From contig NC_068988.1 of the NCBI RefSeq assembly GCF_001194135.2, forward strand, positions 91,580,943-91,644,942: DNA of 64,000 bases, given 5' to 3'. Below the pieces are notes generated by a model that made no database searches, had not been told where the DNA came from, and saw only the letters and a list, made by a program, of their open reading frames with translations. A program made the position numbers and the translations under genes. Positions 40,401 through 55,494 of this stretch are shown piece by piece (position 1 is the first letter of the stretch; the number at the start of each line of letters is the position of its first letter). This DNA is from Octopus bimaculoides. Lineage: Eukaryota.

Positions 40401-41933
40401 CAATGGCTTAGGGTGTAATGGATTACTGTTGGATGAAGGACCTAAAGAACCTAAATGACCTCATAATAGGATTACAATGTTTTCTTGCTGACCACTAATC
40501 TGTCATGAATATTTACAGGCTAATAAGGCTATGGTCAGTCAAGGGGCAATCAAGACCCTTTACACACTATGCAGCTAATAGACACAGCAACTAAAGCTAT
40601 GGTCAACAAAATAGTCAAAGGTCAGTTGTGTCTATTTATAGACCAGTTATCTATTAATGTTAGGATCTGTTCAGAAGACTACCAGTGGGTCAATTTTTAG
40701 TATTTAGTATTTAGTACAAAGTTAGTGCCTCATAACCTTGCATGTTTTCTCCAGATTGGGGAGCTTTATGTGGTTAGTAAGGGCAACAGTCAATCTAGGT
40801 AGGTTACATAGTAATGGTCTGTGTCACTGTTAACTGGATTAGAAATACCAGCAAAAAATTCATTATTGGTGTGATGTGAGATAAAGTGAACATGTGTGGC
40901 CCAGTGGTTAGGGTGCTACACTCATAATCGCGACCCTAACTGAGCAGTGTGTTGTGTTCCTGCACAAAACACTTAATTTCAGTCCAGTCAGCTGTTATCC
41001 GACAACAGAGTGGCACCTCATTCAGAGGGAATGTGTGACCCGAGTCATACAGCAGGGAAATCGAGTAACCAACTCTATGAGGCCTAGTGCTCAATGCAGT
41101 ACTTATAATAAGAGATAAAGTAGAGACAAACATTTTAGACAGGAGATCTTATCAATAGTATGTTTTTGTTTCACACCTCACCAATATGTCTTGTGCTTTA
41201 TACCTCCAACAGATGATATTCAACTTCCAAATGATCAATGATTCCCAAAAGTCAGAAGACATGTAAAACCAACAATATCTAACAACAAATGGTAAACAAG
41301 TTCATTACACACAATACTAGCCCTCACTTACCAACAACAAGCCAATAAGGGAGCTTCTACATGGTCATTTCATTTGCTAAAAATAGTAATCAAATCTCTT
41401 AGAAACTACACTTTATTGTTTTAATAAAAATACATTGATTAATAATGTCTGTAACACAATAGAGCCAAGAAGAGAAAAAATAAGATGGTCATTGCAGGAA
41501 CGTCTGCTGGATTAAGAGGACCATCTGGAGAGATAAACAGCACTGAAAGAGAGAAGATAAAAAGGAATTACTCACTAAATGTTTCTGAGAAATTCTGTCT
41601 GTCTTGAAGTTCACCTATATACAGAGAATGTGATGTAGCGGCAACATTTCTGGCCCACTGTAACAGAAATAGTAACAGTAGATATCATGAGGAATATGCA
41701 TTCATCATCAGTAGTCGCAGCAGCAGCAACAGCAGCACCATACTTTACCCCCTCATCACACCCACCACTTTACTCAAGGTTACTACCACCACCACCACCA
41801 CCACCAGTAACCCATATGTGACGCTTGACATGCTAGAAACAGCAGTCAAATCCCTCTCACACCACTATTGAAAGCCATCAGTCATATCTGCTGGATCAGG
41901 TCTAACCTGGGACTAAAAAGTGCTTCCATAATA

Positions 41934-41964
<31 letters not shown>

Positions 41965-42030
41965 TAAATAATAATAGTAGTAGTAATGATAATAATAATA
42001 AAAATAATAATAATAATAATGATAATAATA

Positions 42031-42061
<31 letters not shown>

Positions 42062-42499
42062 GTACCCTTGAATCGTTGGGTGATACGCTGTGTTTGAAAA
42101 GACCTATTGTGTCAAGTAAAATTGAAATCAAAATAGAAATAGTTGTGGCCAATGCCAGTGCTGCCTGATTGGCTCCCTGTGCCAGTGGCATGTAAAATGC
42201 ACCATCTGAATGTGGTTAATGCCAGTGCTCTCCAACTGGCTCTTGTGCCAGTGGCACATAAAAGCACCCAATACACTCTCAGAATGGCTGGCGTTAGGAA
42301 GGGCACCCAGCTGCAGACACCTTGCCAGATCAGATTGGAGCCTACTAGCTTGCCAGTCCTCAATCAAACCATCTAACCCATGCAAGCATGGAAAACGGAT
42401 GTTAAATGATGATGCTGATGAATCTTATGGACATCAAAATATTTTCTACACACCTCAGATGTCTATAGTGGCTACATTTATATTAATTTATTGGCATTG

Positions 42500-42538
<39 letters not shown>

Positions 42539-42571
42539 GTACACTCATGGATTAGTGTGTGTGTGTGTGTG

Positions 42572-42625
<54 letters not shown>

Positions 42626-43307
42626 TACATGCATATGTATGTATATACAATACTCATGTATATATTTGTACATATGCAGTAGATATAAACATTTTTATCC
42701 ACATCCCGTATCGTTTTCCTTTTTATATTGATTAAAATAAAGAAGAGAGAAGGTACTGGATAGGAGTTCAAATTCTGCTAGTCAATATGTTGCCACTCCA
42801 ACGTTACAGGTTCAATCCCAGCCATGCCAACTGGATCTTGAAATCCTTAGAAGGCATGCATAGCTACCACTGATTCCCTAGTAAGTGGGTCCATTAAGTT
42901 CAAACTGCAGCCAATCTGCCTGACCTCAGTGTATAACTGGTATCTAAAGCAACAAATACAGCAGTGAAGTGGATGGATATTTTGTTAACTTCTCATCTTC
43001 AGAGACATCGGTTCAACTCAAACCACATTGTATTCAAGGGACTCTGGAGCAGAGCTGGTGATATGCAGGGTGATCGGTAAACACAAAGGGCGTGGTGGGA
43101 CTTGGTCAGTGTGTGCAGCAGTTGTACAAAGTAATGGTGTAATGCTATGCCTGAGGGATGAGTATGGCTGTGTGGGAAGAAGTTTGCTTCCAAACTATAT
43201 GGTTTCAGGTTCAGTCCCACCGTGTGGCACCTTGGGTAAGTGTCTTCTTTAGCCTTGGGTCAACCTAAACCATGTGAGTGGATTTGGTAGACAGAAAAAT
43301 GAAAGAT

Positions 43308-43342
<35 letters not shown>

Positions 43343-46300
43343 TCTCTCTCTCTCTCTCTTTGTCTTGACATTGTGTGATAGTTGTAAATGAGTATTACAA
43401 TTACACAAGCAGTGTCTTTCATTTCCAATATATTGTATGAACATGTCTGGAAACAGGTGAGAGTTGGCAACAAGAAGAGCATCCAGTAGCAGAAAATCTG
43501 CCTCAAAGGAAACTTCATCCAACCCATGCAAACATTGGTAAGTGGACGTTAAATGGTGACAGTGATTGTGCAGGGTGTAATGGTTTACACATCAAAACTT
43601 CTCAGATAGCAACATTGGTTGAGAAATTAATCTTACTCTGTGTGTGTGAGAGAGAGAGAGAGAGAGACAGACAGACAAACAGAGACTACTTACAGTTAGG
43701 AATTGTGTGGAATAGTTCTTGCGACGTATTATCTCCACCAAAGCATTAATGTACATCTTGGCTGAATCATGCACTTGCTGTAAAATCTTCAGATGTTTGC
43801 GTTGTCTTTTGATCTTTTCAGACTCAATCTTTATCTTCCTCTCTTTCTCCATAATCAGCTGCTCCACATACATGACCCATCTAGACAAAGCAAACAGTAA
43901 AAAGCCATGTTAACCATCACAAAAAAAACGTGTAACAGGTTATCTAACGTGATACCCAATTACTGTTATCCTGAATATTATCATCAAGGATGGTGAATTG
44001 CCAGAATCAATGAAAAGACAGATAATATGCCTTGTTTTATTTTATTTCAAATCTCACAAAAGCCAAAATTATCAGCCGTCCCTCTAGGGGTAAATGAAAT
44101 TACCAATCAAATACTGGGGTTCATTTAACTGACTGTGCCCTCACTCGAAAACTGTGGTATTGTGCCTGGGTTAAAATCTCCAACTGTTTTTTGTTTTTGC
44201 AATCTGTCCTTATAATTTCTTCAGTTATTGCTCCAGTGGAAAATGAAATATTATAAGGTACTGAACTGGCAGAACTGTTAGCACGCTGGGCAAAATGCTT
44301 TGCAGCATTTCGGCAACCTTTATGTTCTGAGTTCAAATACTGTCAAGGTCAACTTCGCCTTTCATCCTTTCAGGGTCGATAAATAAGTATCAGTTAAGTA
44401 CTGGGGTCAATGTAATTGACTTGTCCTCTCCCTCAAAATTGCTGGCAGTGTGCCAAAATTTGAAAACATCATCATTATTATGAAGGCAAGAGCTAGCAGA
44501 ACTGTTAACACACTGGGCAAAATGTTTAGCAATATTTCGTCTGTCTTTACTTTCAGAGTCAAAATTCCATTAAGGTCGATTTTGCTTCTCATCCTTCAGA
44601 GTCAATAAATTAAGCACCAGTTGAGTACTGGAGTCAATGTAATCAACATAACCCTTTCCCCAAAAAAATTCAGGCCTTGTGCCTATACTAGAAAAGATTA
44701 ATAGTATTATTTAAGTGGTGAGCTGGCAGAATCATTAGCACGTTGAACAGTATTCCATCTTCGTTCTGAGTTCAAATTATGCTGAGGTCAACTTTGCCTT
44801 TCATCCTATTGAGGTTGATTAACTGAATACCAGTTAAGAAGTGAGGTCAATATAATCAACTTAACCCCTCCCCAGAAACTGCTGGCCTTGTGCAAAAATT
44901 TGAAGCCGATATTCAAGGTGGCAAGCTGACAGAATTAATAGCAACCCAAGCAAAATGCTTAGCAGCATTTCATCTATATTTCTGCTCTGAGTTCAAATTC
45001 TGCCAAGGTCAACTTGGTCTTTCAACCTTTTGGAGTTGATAAAATAAGTCCCAGCTGAGCACTGGGGGTCGATGTAATCAGCTAGCGACCCCCACCAAAG
45101 ATTCCAGGCTTTGTGCCTATAGTAAAAAGGGTTATTATCAAGCTTTCTTACATAAAGATTTTCTGTAATAAAATACCACTCCAGTACTGAGATCAATCAA
45201 GATGAATGTTCTTCTCCAATTTCCATTATTATCAGACAAGATCAAACTTTGCCTTTCATTCCTTCAGAGGTCAATAAAATAAAGCACCAGTCTAATGCAG
45301 GGACTGATGTTATTGACAACTCCCTGCCCCACCCCTCAAAAAAGTTGACTATGTGCTTAAATCAGAAACAATTATTATAAGATAAGTTTATAAACAAAAG
45401 CTCGCAAGAACGCATATGTGAACTGCTGGAGTACCAGACAACTGGTAGAGAAGTGACTGGTTCATGTCTTACTAGAAATGATGTTTGTCTGTAGGTAAAA
45501 TACCTATGTCCTTAACAACTATACTGTAAAAAGGTACAAGGTAGTAAAATCTCTGCAACATTAAAGTAGAGTTGATTGTAACTCGACATATGAGTATAGT
45601 ATCGAGATCTATAATACAAACTCCATCAGACTGTCTTACACCAGGTACATTACACAGAAATGGGTAGAGCAGAGGAAGTTGCAGGAGTGACCCAAGGGCC
45701 CAATAGATTACAGCAGCAGTCCCCAAACTATTTTTCTACAGACCAGTTCCATACAAGACAATTTTCCCACAGACCAGGGAGTCGTGAGTATAACATAAAA
45801 ACAATTAAGTGCATAATATATGGTTTAATTATTACATATATGTTACATATATAATGTAAAAACACCATGCATAAAATTTATTCTTTCTGTGCAGCCTGGA
45901 ACCAAATGATCTATGACCCAATATCGGCCCACCACCTGATGGTTAGGTGACCCTGGATTACAGGATAATTATCAACACTTTAGGCAAGTCAACACCAAAA
46001 TCTGATGCCCATTGGCTACTGACCAAGTCAAACAACTGAGATAAAAGTCAACTACTTACTGAAGGCGAACATGAAGGTTCTTGCTGAGTTCTTCTTTGGC
46101 CTTGCAGCATCTCTTCCTGAATATTTTAATTTGATTGTGTCCCTCGGAGAGATCCATCAGATCCTTCTTGTGGTTCTTCCAGTACTCCGACAGGCACTCA
46201 CAGTCCATTCTGCTGGTCGTTTCTAACTGGCTGGAAAATTTCTGTCCAAAAGAAAGTAAATGTTCAGGTTGTACTGTGATGTAAACTTATGTAATGGATT

Positions 46301-49300
46301 GTTGTTAACTTGTTTACAAAATACTTTCTGCTAATGCAGACCACTACTAGTTTCCTCTGCGTGTGTGGGCATGTTGCAGCTCAAGATAGTTTATTTGGTG
46401 TCTGACCAAGTGATACTGTGATAACAATCTCTATGTTTGCTTCCACAGTCTTGTGTCCTTGTTTTGTTTAAGCAGGATATCCCTCAATGTCTCAAACTTT
46501 CACAGCAGTTGCTACTAAAGCTCTAAAGCCTACAAGAGAGACAAGAGAGTATCACTGATGGACTAAGCGCACAATGCAAAATAATTCTGAGATATGATAA
46601 TTTAGTCTGACCACTGAACATTGTAGGGGCCCAGCTGCTGAAAGTGAAACCAAAACTAGCCACTGAATAGACATGTCAAAGGCTTTAGCCCAGTTCTTAT
46701 CTGGTTAGGGCCATACCAAAGCCACATCTATTCACTACCCACTTTACAATACAGGCGGAGCTCGTTGTCATGAGAAGCCTGGTCAGAGATCCAATCTGCG
46801 ATTAGACTAACAACAACAAGCACCAAACTTTTAGCAAACTTCTTTAACTGTGTTCAGCAGAATTTTAGGTCAAATATTGCCACAGGTTCCAATATTTCCT
46901 TTCTAAGAATGTGTTGTGAATGTTAGTGTGTATATATCATAGGCAGTTTGTTCTGGGTGAGTATGTTACAGATTAAGACAAATGGTTACAGGTGTATCAC
47001 AGGTCAAGTCAGATGGCTTAAGTATATTACAGGTGTGGATATGTCCTCAGTGTGAGTAACATGAAATAAAAACAGTAAACTAGATGAAGTGAAGTGGATT
47101 TGAACACCTAATGTTACCATCATAACAGCCAGGTTACATAGACTTACCTGATAGAACTTGGTCTGTTTATCCATTATGGTACGAGTGTTGGTTATCAAGT
47201 GGTCCAACTGGTAGAGGCGATTCTCCAGACCTTTCACCTCCTTCATGTCAGGACGGTCAATAAATTTGAGCATATCATCAATCTCCTGCATTAACTTCTC
47301 CACATTCTTCTGACTTATCTGGAAAAGTGGAGTGAGAGTTGAGAGGTAACAGGGAGGAGTTGAGGTGGGAGGAAAGAGATAGAAAGGAACACAAAGGTAG
47401 AAGAATAGAGAAGTTAGTGGGGCAAAGTTAAGAAAAAGTGATAGTTGAAGTAGTTAGAGTGGAGGTATGTGGAGGGGGATAGATAGTAGATTGGGTGGCA
47501 GAGGAAGAACCACAAGTAAATTAATGGTTTAATTATTTGAAATAATGTCTTGTATATGTGTGTGTTTGTGAGAGAGAGAGAGAGAGAGAGAGAGAAAGTG
47601 TACACAACAAGAATAACATACCTGTTCAGAAATCACTCTACACTGCTCAACCATATCTTCTAAACTGCTGCGAGGGTCCTGGGGAGACAAACAGACACAA
47701 ACAATGAGTGGCTGAAGTTTCACTCATACTCTACACAACAGAGAGTGTGACATACGGAATGTAATAAGTACCACAAACAATTAGAGTGTAGTTTTATATC
47801 TTACAGTATCTTAGTTTCCATATCAATGCAAACCACACATTATCTTAATAATTTAACTTTACAGAAGCTGGTTTCTTAGTTTAATGTTCAGACAGGTTAC
47901 TTTATTACAAGTAATAATAATTTAAGGTGGAGTGAGAGAGGGAGGGAGACAGAGAGAGGGAGAGAGAGAGAGGGATGGAGACAGAGAGAGGGATGGAGAC
48001 AGAGAGAGGGAGGGAGACAGAGAGAGGGAGGGAGACAGAGAGAGGGAGGGAGACAGAGAGAGAGAGAGAGAGGGAGGGAGACAGAGAGAGAGAGTGGGGG
48101 AGACAGAGAGAGAGAGAGAGAGAGAGGGAGGGAGACAGNNNNNNNNNNNNNNNNNNNNNNNNNNNNNNNNNNNNNNNNNNNNNNNNNNNNNNNNNNNNNN
48201 NNNNNNNNNNNNNNNNNNNNNNNNNNNNNNNNNNNNNNNNNNNNNNNNNNNNNNNNNNNNNNNNNNNNGAGAGAGGGATGGAGACAGAGAGAGGGATGGA
48301 GATAAAGAGAGAGATGGAGACAGAGATAGGGAGGGAGACAGAGAAAGAGAGAGACAGAGAGAGAGAGAGAGACAGAGAGAGAGAGAGGGAGGGAGACAGA
48401 GACAGACAGACAGACAGACAGAGAGAGAGAGAGAGAGAGATGTGTATGTAGTAAATTACCTGTTGATATATCCAGTCTAGCAAGGAAGGTGAACGATGAC
48501 CACCACTATCACTAACATCTTCAAGCATAGCAGGTTCAACAGGATTAGTTTGTGAGAGAGGACTGGACACTAACGTCTGAAGACTGTTTAACAGTGGAAT
48601 ACGGCCAAGAAGTCTTAAAATCCCTGGAACACTGAGAGAACACATAGAACAATGGTGTATATTAATGGACTGAGGTAGTAGTAGGAGGAGAGTAGTGAGT
48701 GGGGGTGAAGTGGAGAGACAAAAGATATGTGAAAGTGAAAGTTATCTCATTAGCAATCATCATCATCGTTTAACGTCCGCTTTCCATGCTAGCATGGGTT
48801 GGACGATTTGACTGAGGACTGGTGAAACCGGATGGCAACACCAGGCTCCAATCTAAATTTGGCAGAGTTTCTACAGCTGGATGCCCTTCACGCCAATACA
48901 CATTGTAATTTATATAATAACATAATTAAGATACATAAGCTCATTGTGTGTGTGTGTGTGTGTATTATCTCTTACTTGTTTCAATCATTAGAGTGTGGCC
49001 ATGCTAGAGCACTGCCTTGAAGAATTTTAGCCAAATGAATTGACACTGGTGCTTTTATTTTTTAAGCCTGGAATTTATTCTGTCAGATTCTTCTGCTGAA
49101 CTGCTAAGTTATAAGAACTTAAACACATCAACACCAGCTGTCAAGTGGTAGGGGGGGGAACAGACACAAAGACATGCACACACACACACACAACAGGCTT
49201 CTTGGAACTTCTGCCTACCAAATCCACTCACAAGGCTTTGGTCAGCCCAAGGTTATAGTAGAAGACACTTGCCCTAGGTGAAATGTAGTAGGAACACAGA

Positions 49301-52300
49301 ACCATATGGTTAGGAAGCAAACTTCCTACCTCACAGCCATGCCTGCACACACACACACACACACATAATTAAGATTCAGTTGAATTAGGTACTTATGTTG
49401 AGGCACCAAGTCAGTCCAATAGTATCCACACAGCTTGAAGTAAGGTGAATAAAATACATACATACATACATACATACATACATACATACGTTCGTGCTGC
49501 AGATCGAGGTGAGAGGGATAACTTCCCTTGGCAAACAGGACACAGTCGTGTGTCGATAAGCCAGCTGGAGGAGATGTCCTCCTGGCGCTANNNNNNNNNN
49601 NNNNNNNNNNNNNNNNNNNNNNNNNNNNNNNNNNNNNNNNNNNNNNNNNNNNNNNNNNNNNNNNNNNNNNNNNNNNNNNNNNNNNNNNNNNNNNNNNNNN
49701 NNNNNNNNNNNNNNNNNNNNNNNNNNNNNNNTATGTATGTGTATGCATATATATATCATCATCATCGTCGTCATCGTTTAACGTCCGCTTTCCATGCTAG
49801 CATGGGTTGGACGATTTGACTGAGGTCTGGAGAGCCAGCGGCTGCACCAGGCTCCAATCTGATTTGGCAGAGTTTCTACAGCTGGATGCCATTCCTAACG
49901 CCAACCACTCCGAGAGTGTAGTGGGTGCTTTTACGTGCCACCGGCACGAAGGCCAGTCAGGCGGTACTGGCAACGGCCACGCTCAAAGTGGTGTATTTTA
50001 CGTGCCACCTGCACAGGAGATATATATATATATATGCCCATATATATATATATAAAGTTACCCCAAAAAGCAACAAAACCAATAACTGATACAGAAAGAT
50101 GATTGTGAAGAGAAAAGACTTACTTTGATAACATTTCAAGGGATTCTTCTTGTGTCTTTAGAAATATATTACAGGTACTTTGGAATTTTTCCACTCTTCT
50201 ATTGAAAGACCTGAAAGAGAAAGAATCCAAAAAGTGGTCTTGTGACATTATACAGTGCAGAAACTCAACCTGTGATATCATACTACTTTGTTAGATATCT
50301 TATGCTAGTTTCCATGAGGTATAAGCAACCAAGAGTACAATATTCACTCTTGAACAAGACACCAGTCTATCACAGAGAGTACAAGAGTCTCTCCTGAATG
50401 ATACACCAGTCTATCACAGAGAACACAATACTCACTTGTGAATAAGACATCAGTCTGACAGAGAGAGTACAATACTCACTCCTGAATGAGAGGACAGTCT
50501 GTCACAGAATTAACCCTCAGTTGTGGGTACTCATTTTCAGCAGAATGGACTGGAGTAGCATGAAATGAAGTGCTTTTGCTCAAAAACACAACATACCACC
50601 TAATCTGGGAATTGAAACTGTAACTTTCCTATCACGAGTCCTGCATCCTAACCAGTAGGCTTGCACCTCATTCAAAATAGCAATACAAAATGGTGAGGAG
50701 GGACACTTAGTAAGAACATCACAGATTGAAAGAAAGATGGTGAAGGGCAACCAGAAGAGATCTGTCATAAAATGGTACATACGCCAGATGGTCATCAAGA
50801 TTGGCGATAGCCGCTGCCCATCCTTGCTGCTGCAAGTGCTGGTCATGTATCAGACGTTCACTGGCTTCCATACGACTCTTATCACATTCAACTGTTTCCT
50901 GTAAGCAGAGGGGTGTGTGTTGTCATTGGTCAGAGGGTCATGAGGAAAGAAGACAAAGACATGGTCAATAACATAACATAGAAATAATATAAGCACTTGC
51001 TGGGAACCAAAACAAGAATGACAGTGATGATGAAGGGGGGGGGGTCATTTATTTGCCACANNNNNNNNNNACTTTGTGGGAAGATGAGTCAATTAAAGTA
51101 AATTCTATTCTCAACTGGTACTTATTTCATCAACCTCAGAAGGACAAAGGTAAAATTAATTTCAGTAGTTTTTTTGAACTCAGAATGTAAAGGGAAGTAA
51201 CTCAATACAAACCTGGCATTTTTGCCAGACGCCCTACTATTTCTGAGACCCACCAACATTAATAATTCTTTCTACTATAGGCACAAGGCCTGAAATTGTG
51301 GGGAGGGAGCTAGTTGATTACATCGACCCCAGGACTCAACCAGAACTTATTTTATTGACCCCAAAAAGAATAAAAAGTAAAGTTGACTTTGACAGATTCT
51401 GAACTCAGAATATAAAAATCCAGAAGAAATATCGCTATGCATATAATCTGGCATGCTAACAATTCTACCAGCTTGTCACATACTGCCTTTAATGATAACA
51501 GGTTATCATTTCCAAAAGTGACACAAGGTCACACATTTTGTGAGAGTGATATACTTAATTTTATTAAACCCTGTACTTGATTGGCAATTATTTTATCAAT
51601 CCTTCAAAGTTGAAAAGCAAAATTATCCTCAACTGGATTTGAATTCAAAACAGAAAGAAATGCAACTAAATGCCTAAGAGTATTCAGTCTGAAAATCTAT
51701 CAATTCTACCTCTACTATAATTGCTAATACTAATGAGAGAGAGCTTCAATGTGGTTGTTTGACCTGCTTAAAGTAGCAGTTAAATCTCTTACAAATCACA
51801 CTATCTCTAAGAGAAAAGACACCATAGCTAATATAATCATACATATTCTATATCTGCAAAAGAGATAAGAGGTTGGGAAACATAAGCATCTATAAAAGGA
51901 AAATGTCATTTTAATATATTTTTTCTTTTGAATTGGCAAAAAATACTTGGAAATAATCAGAGACATAATACTTTCATTATTTAATCCTTTAATTATGAAA
52001 TTAAATTTTATTGTTATTTGGTAATGATGTTAAATATCTAACAAAAATTAGAATTGGTATTTTCAGCAAATTACGTTGCTTCACAATAAACTTGACATTC
52101 CAACAGAAATTAGATTAGTATTTAAAAAAATGCTTTCTGCAGTTAAGGGTAGTGAAATTTTGAGTGGAGGTATCCAATTTCCACAGTAAAAGGGTTAAGA
52201 CTTTTGTTATCTATTAATTCATTTTTCTTTTTGAAAATTTCAGTTTTTCAATATTTTGATTGAATCCTTTTACATTTAAACTGGCCATATCTGACCAAAA

Positions 52301-55300
52301 TATTCCAACAGTTTTAAGTTCAAACTAGCCAGATGCAGCCTCTTGCGCCTTCCCTACAATGTCATTCAAATTCACACAATCATATCATCAATACCTTAAA
52401 GGTACAAGGTAATGCGTAATTAATTCAAAACAATGTGAATAAATAAACATTACATTTGACAGAGTCACCTGAGTGCTAAAGGGTTAAACATCAAGACCTC
52501 ATCTAACTCCATTTTACCATCATTTTTCACCTAGCTTATTGCATCAATATGAAATTACTTCCATGATATGCTATCTAACAAATACTGAAATTATGGTACA
52601 GCATTGACACAACTGAACTTCTACACTGTCAATGATGTTTTGAGTGTCCATAACATCACCACCTGCCTTATTTCCAAAATGCCAATGCATTACCATCATC
52701 TCACTACACAGACAAATACATGTTTCCAGAAATGTCATTCTATTCCTGCAGAAATTCAGTGACATTATAACAAGATTGGTGTTATTTATTACTGACATGA
52801 AATTCAAAGATATCATTACAAGTTTAATGACTTTACATTTGACAGACTACAGTAACAAATGAAAGCATTAATGTATGCAAGAATACAATTGTGACAGTCT
52901 TGCAGAACAAAACTATTTGGCTGTACGGTAAGAAGTTTGCTTCTCAACCACATGATTTTGAGTTCAGTCCCACTGAGCAGCATTTTGGGCAAGTGTCATA
53001 TACTAGAGCCCCAGACTAGTCAAAGCCTCGTGAGTGGACTTGGTAGATGGAAACTGAAAGAAGCTTATCGTGTGTGTTGTGTCTATCTATATACTTGTGC
53101 TTCTTCTCCCACTGCTTGACAAATGTTTAAGTCCCTGAAACTTAGTGGTTCAGCAAAAGAGATTGATAGAATAAGTACCAGACTTAAGAAATAATACTTG
53201 TGCCAGCCTTCAAGGTTGTGCCCCAGCATGGCTGCTGTCCAATGACTGAAACAAGTAAACAATAAAAGAACAGTTGAAAGCTTTCACTCTGTACATACCA
53301 CTTCTTTAGATCGGCCAAAGATGTGATCATCACTGCTAGAACACTACTAAACATAGGCCTGATCACTTTGAGCAGACCTAGGGCTAAATAGCAACATCAA
53401 ATAAAGTTATTAATATTAACTACTAAAGCCACCACAAACATCTAGTGATCATTTAACCTGTTAGTAATATTAGTCAAATTTAAAGCCGTGAGCTGGCAGA
53501 ATCTTTAGCAGGTTGAGTGAAATGTTGCTAAGCATTTCGTCTGTCTTTACATTCTGAGTTCAAATTTCGCCAAGGTCAGCATTGCCTTTTATTCTTTCAG
53601 GGTTGATAGAATAAGTACCAATTGAGCACCGGGGTCGATGTAATCAACTCACCCCTATACCCAAAGTTGTTGGCCTTGTGCCAAAATCTGAAGCCAAAAT
53701 TAGCTAAATTTCTATCAAATGACACCTAACTGGCTTACAAAAGGAAGGTCATATTGGATAATGTAATCTGTAATCATGCAACATGGATAAAAATGGATTA
53801 GTGATAGCTGAAATGGCTGACCTGGGGCTAAACAACAAAGTTACAAATACCAACTGTTAGAGTCAACACAAGCCAGTGAAGGAGATTTCTATGTGGTCTG
53901 TCAAATTGGAAAAAATTGTAGCCAAATCTTCCTTAAATTACATACTACTGTCTAGAAAAGGAAAATACATTATTATATGATGGTCTTAGATACACTGTCT
54001 GGGGCAAAAATATAGGAGACTCAACTAGAATACCTTTGACATTATGCCGACTCAGTAAGTACAGACTTGGCACCAACTACTAAAACCACCAACAAAGGCC
54101 TTTGCAACAACACTCAAACAGCTAGGAATAGCAGCCAATTCTCCCTCAAATTGTACTCTATTGTCTTAAAATATGAAAAGCACATAGGATAATGTGATTA
54201 TAGATACATGTTGCCTAAAAATGAAAATGGCAAAATAGTCACAGCTTTAACAACTTATCCATAGGATTGTTTGATTAGGGCTGACCTGGAATTAAACAAT
54301 AATAACTATAACCACCAATATCAGAAATAAAATCCATTGCTATATACTTGTGTTTAAAACATGTTTATATTGCATTTTATTTATCATGTAGCCCATAGGT
54401 CACCTAGTATGACATGTTGGTAAAGATTGGGTAGAGAATAAAAAGAACGTAAGCAATAATAATTAACTCATTAACATTCAAACCAGCCATATCCAGCCGA
54501 AATATTCTACATGTTTTATGTTCAAACTGCCCAGGTCTGGCCTCTCAAACTTACTCTACAATGTCATTCTAAAAATAAACAATCACATCATCGAAATTTC
54601 AAAGTTATGTGATAATGCATGATTAATCCAAAACAATGTGAATGAATAAGGAATAGATTTGATAGAATAATCTGAATGCTAAAGGGTTAATGATAAGACC
54701 ATTGATGACGATTTGTGATGGCATAGATTTAAAGGCATAGATACCTTAGCCAGTTTGTAAGCATCTGAAACTGTCTCATGAGTGGCTGGTAGAAGTACAA
54801 CTTCACTGATGGCATCTGTAAGGACTTTGTCTGGAATAATAAAGGGGAGATATAGTCAGAGAGTAATGTGATACTTTCTTTCTCTCCATGCAAAAACTAG
54901 AAAGGAATGAAACTAGCGAATGGATGTGCAACATCACTGCATGTATAACAAAGTACAAATATGCTGAAAGAAAAATTGGGCATAAGAGGTATCAGATGTG
55001 GGGTGCAGGAAAGAAAATTGCACTGATATGGTCATGTGACACAGATGGATAAGGACAACTGTATAAAGAAGTGCCAATCACTGAACATGGAAGGAACCTG
55101 TGGAAGAGGGAGACCGAGGAAGACATCAAGATTTTGAGCCTCTCAGAGACGATAGGGCATCAAGATGAATGGTGATGTGCTGTGTTTCAGAAGACCTGTT
55201 CCATCTCAGCAGGGTTAAGATTCAATCAAGCCTACCCCAACAACTCATCTTCGAACAGTCGTCTATGTTACCCCATTTCTTTCTATGTTACCCCATTTCC

Positions 55301-55458
55301 TTCCTTCACTTTCCCTCTAACGAACTGATATTCTCTGTGTCCAACACATTCCCTGTTTCTAATTATCTGTCACACTATTTTCATTCAGAGTACTTACCCA
55401 CACATCCACCTTTTCTGCTAACTTATTCTGTCTCTCATATTCACCTTGTACCTTGACT

Positions 55459-55494
<36 letters not shown>

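Noticed and set aside
47905-48645. Long ORFs on both strands (RE/SL repeats)
   Set aside because: Products of the GA-rich satellite and N gap; only 48460-48631 is a real exon.
49490-49590. CpG-rich segment ending in a (GTAT)n tail on minus
   Set aside because: Probably a retroposon 3' end, but it is cut by an assembly gap and cannot be assigned.
53290-53368. Minus-strand exon-like segment ([25 protein letters not shown])
   Set aside because: Phase 1-2 does not fit the phase-0 intron 4, and the acceptor derives from a recurring GGGCTAAA repeat.
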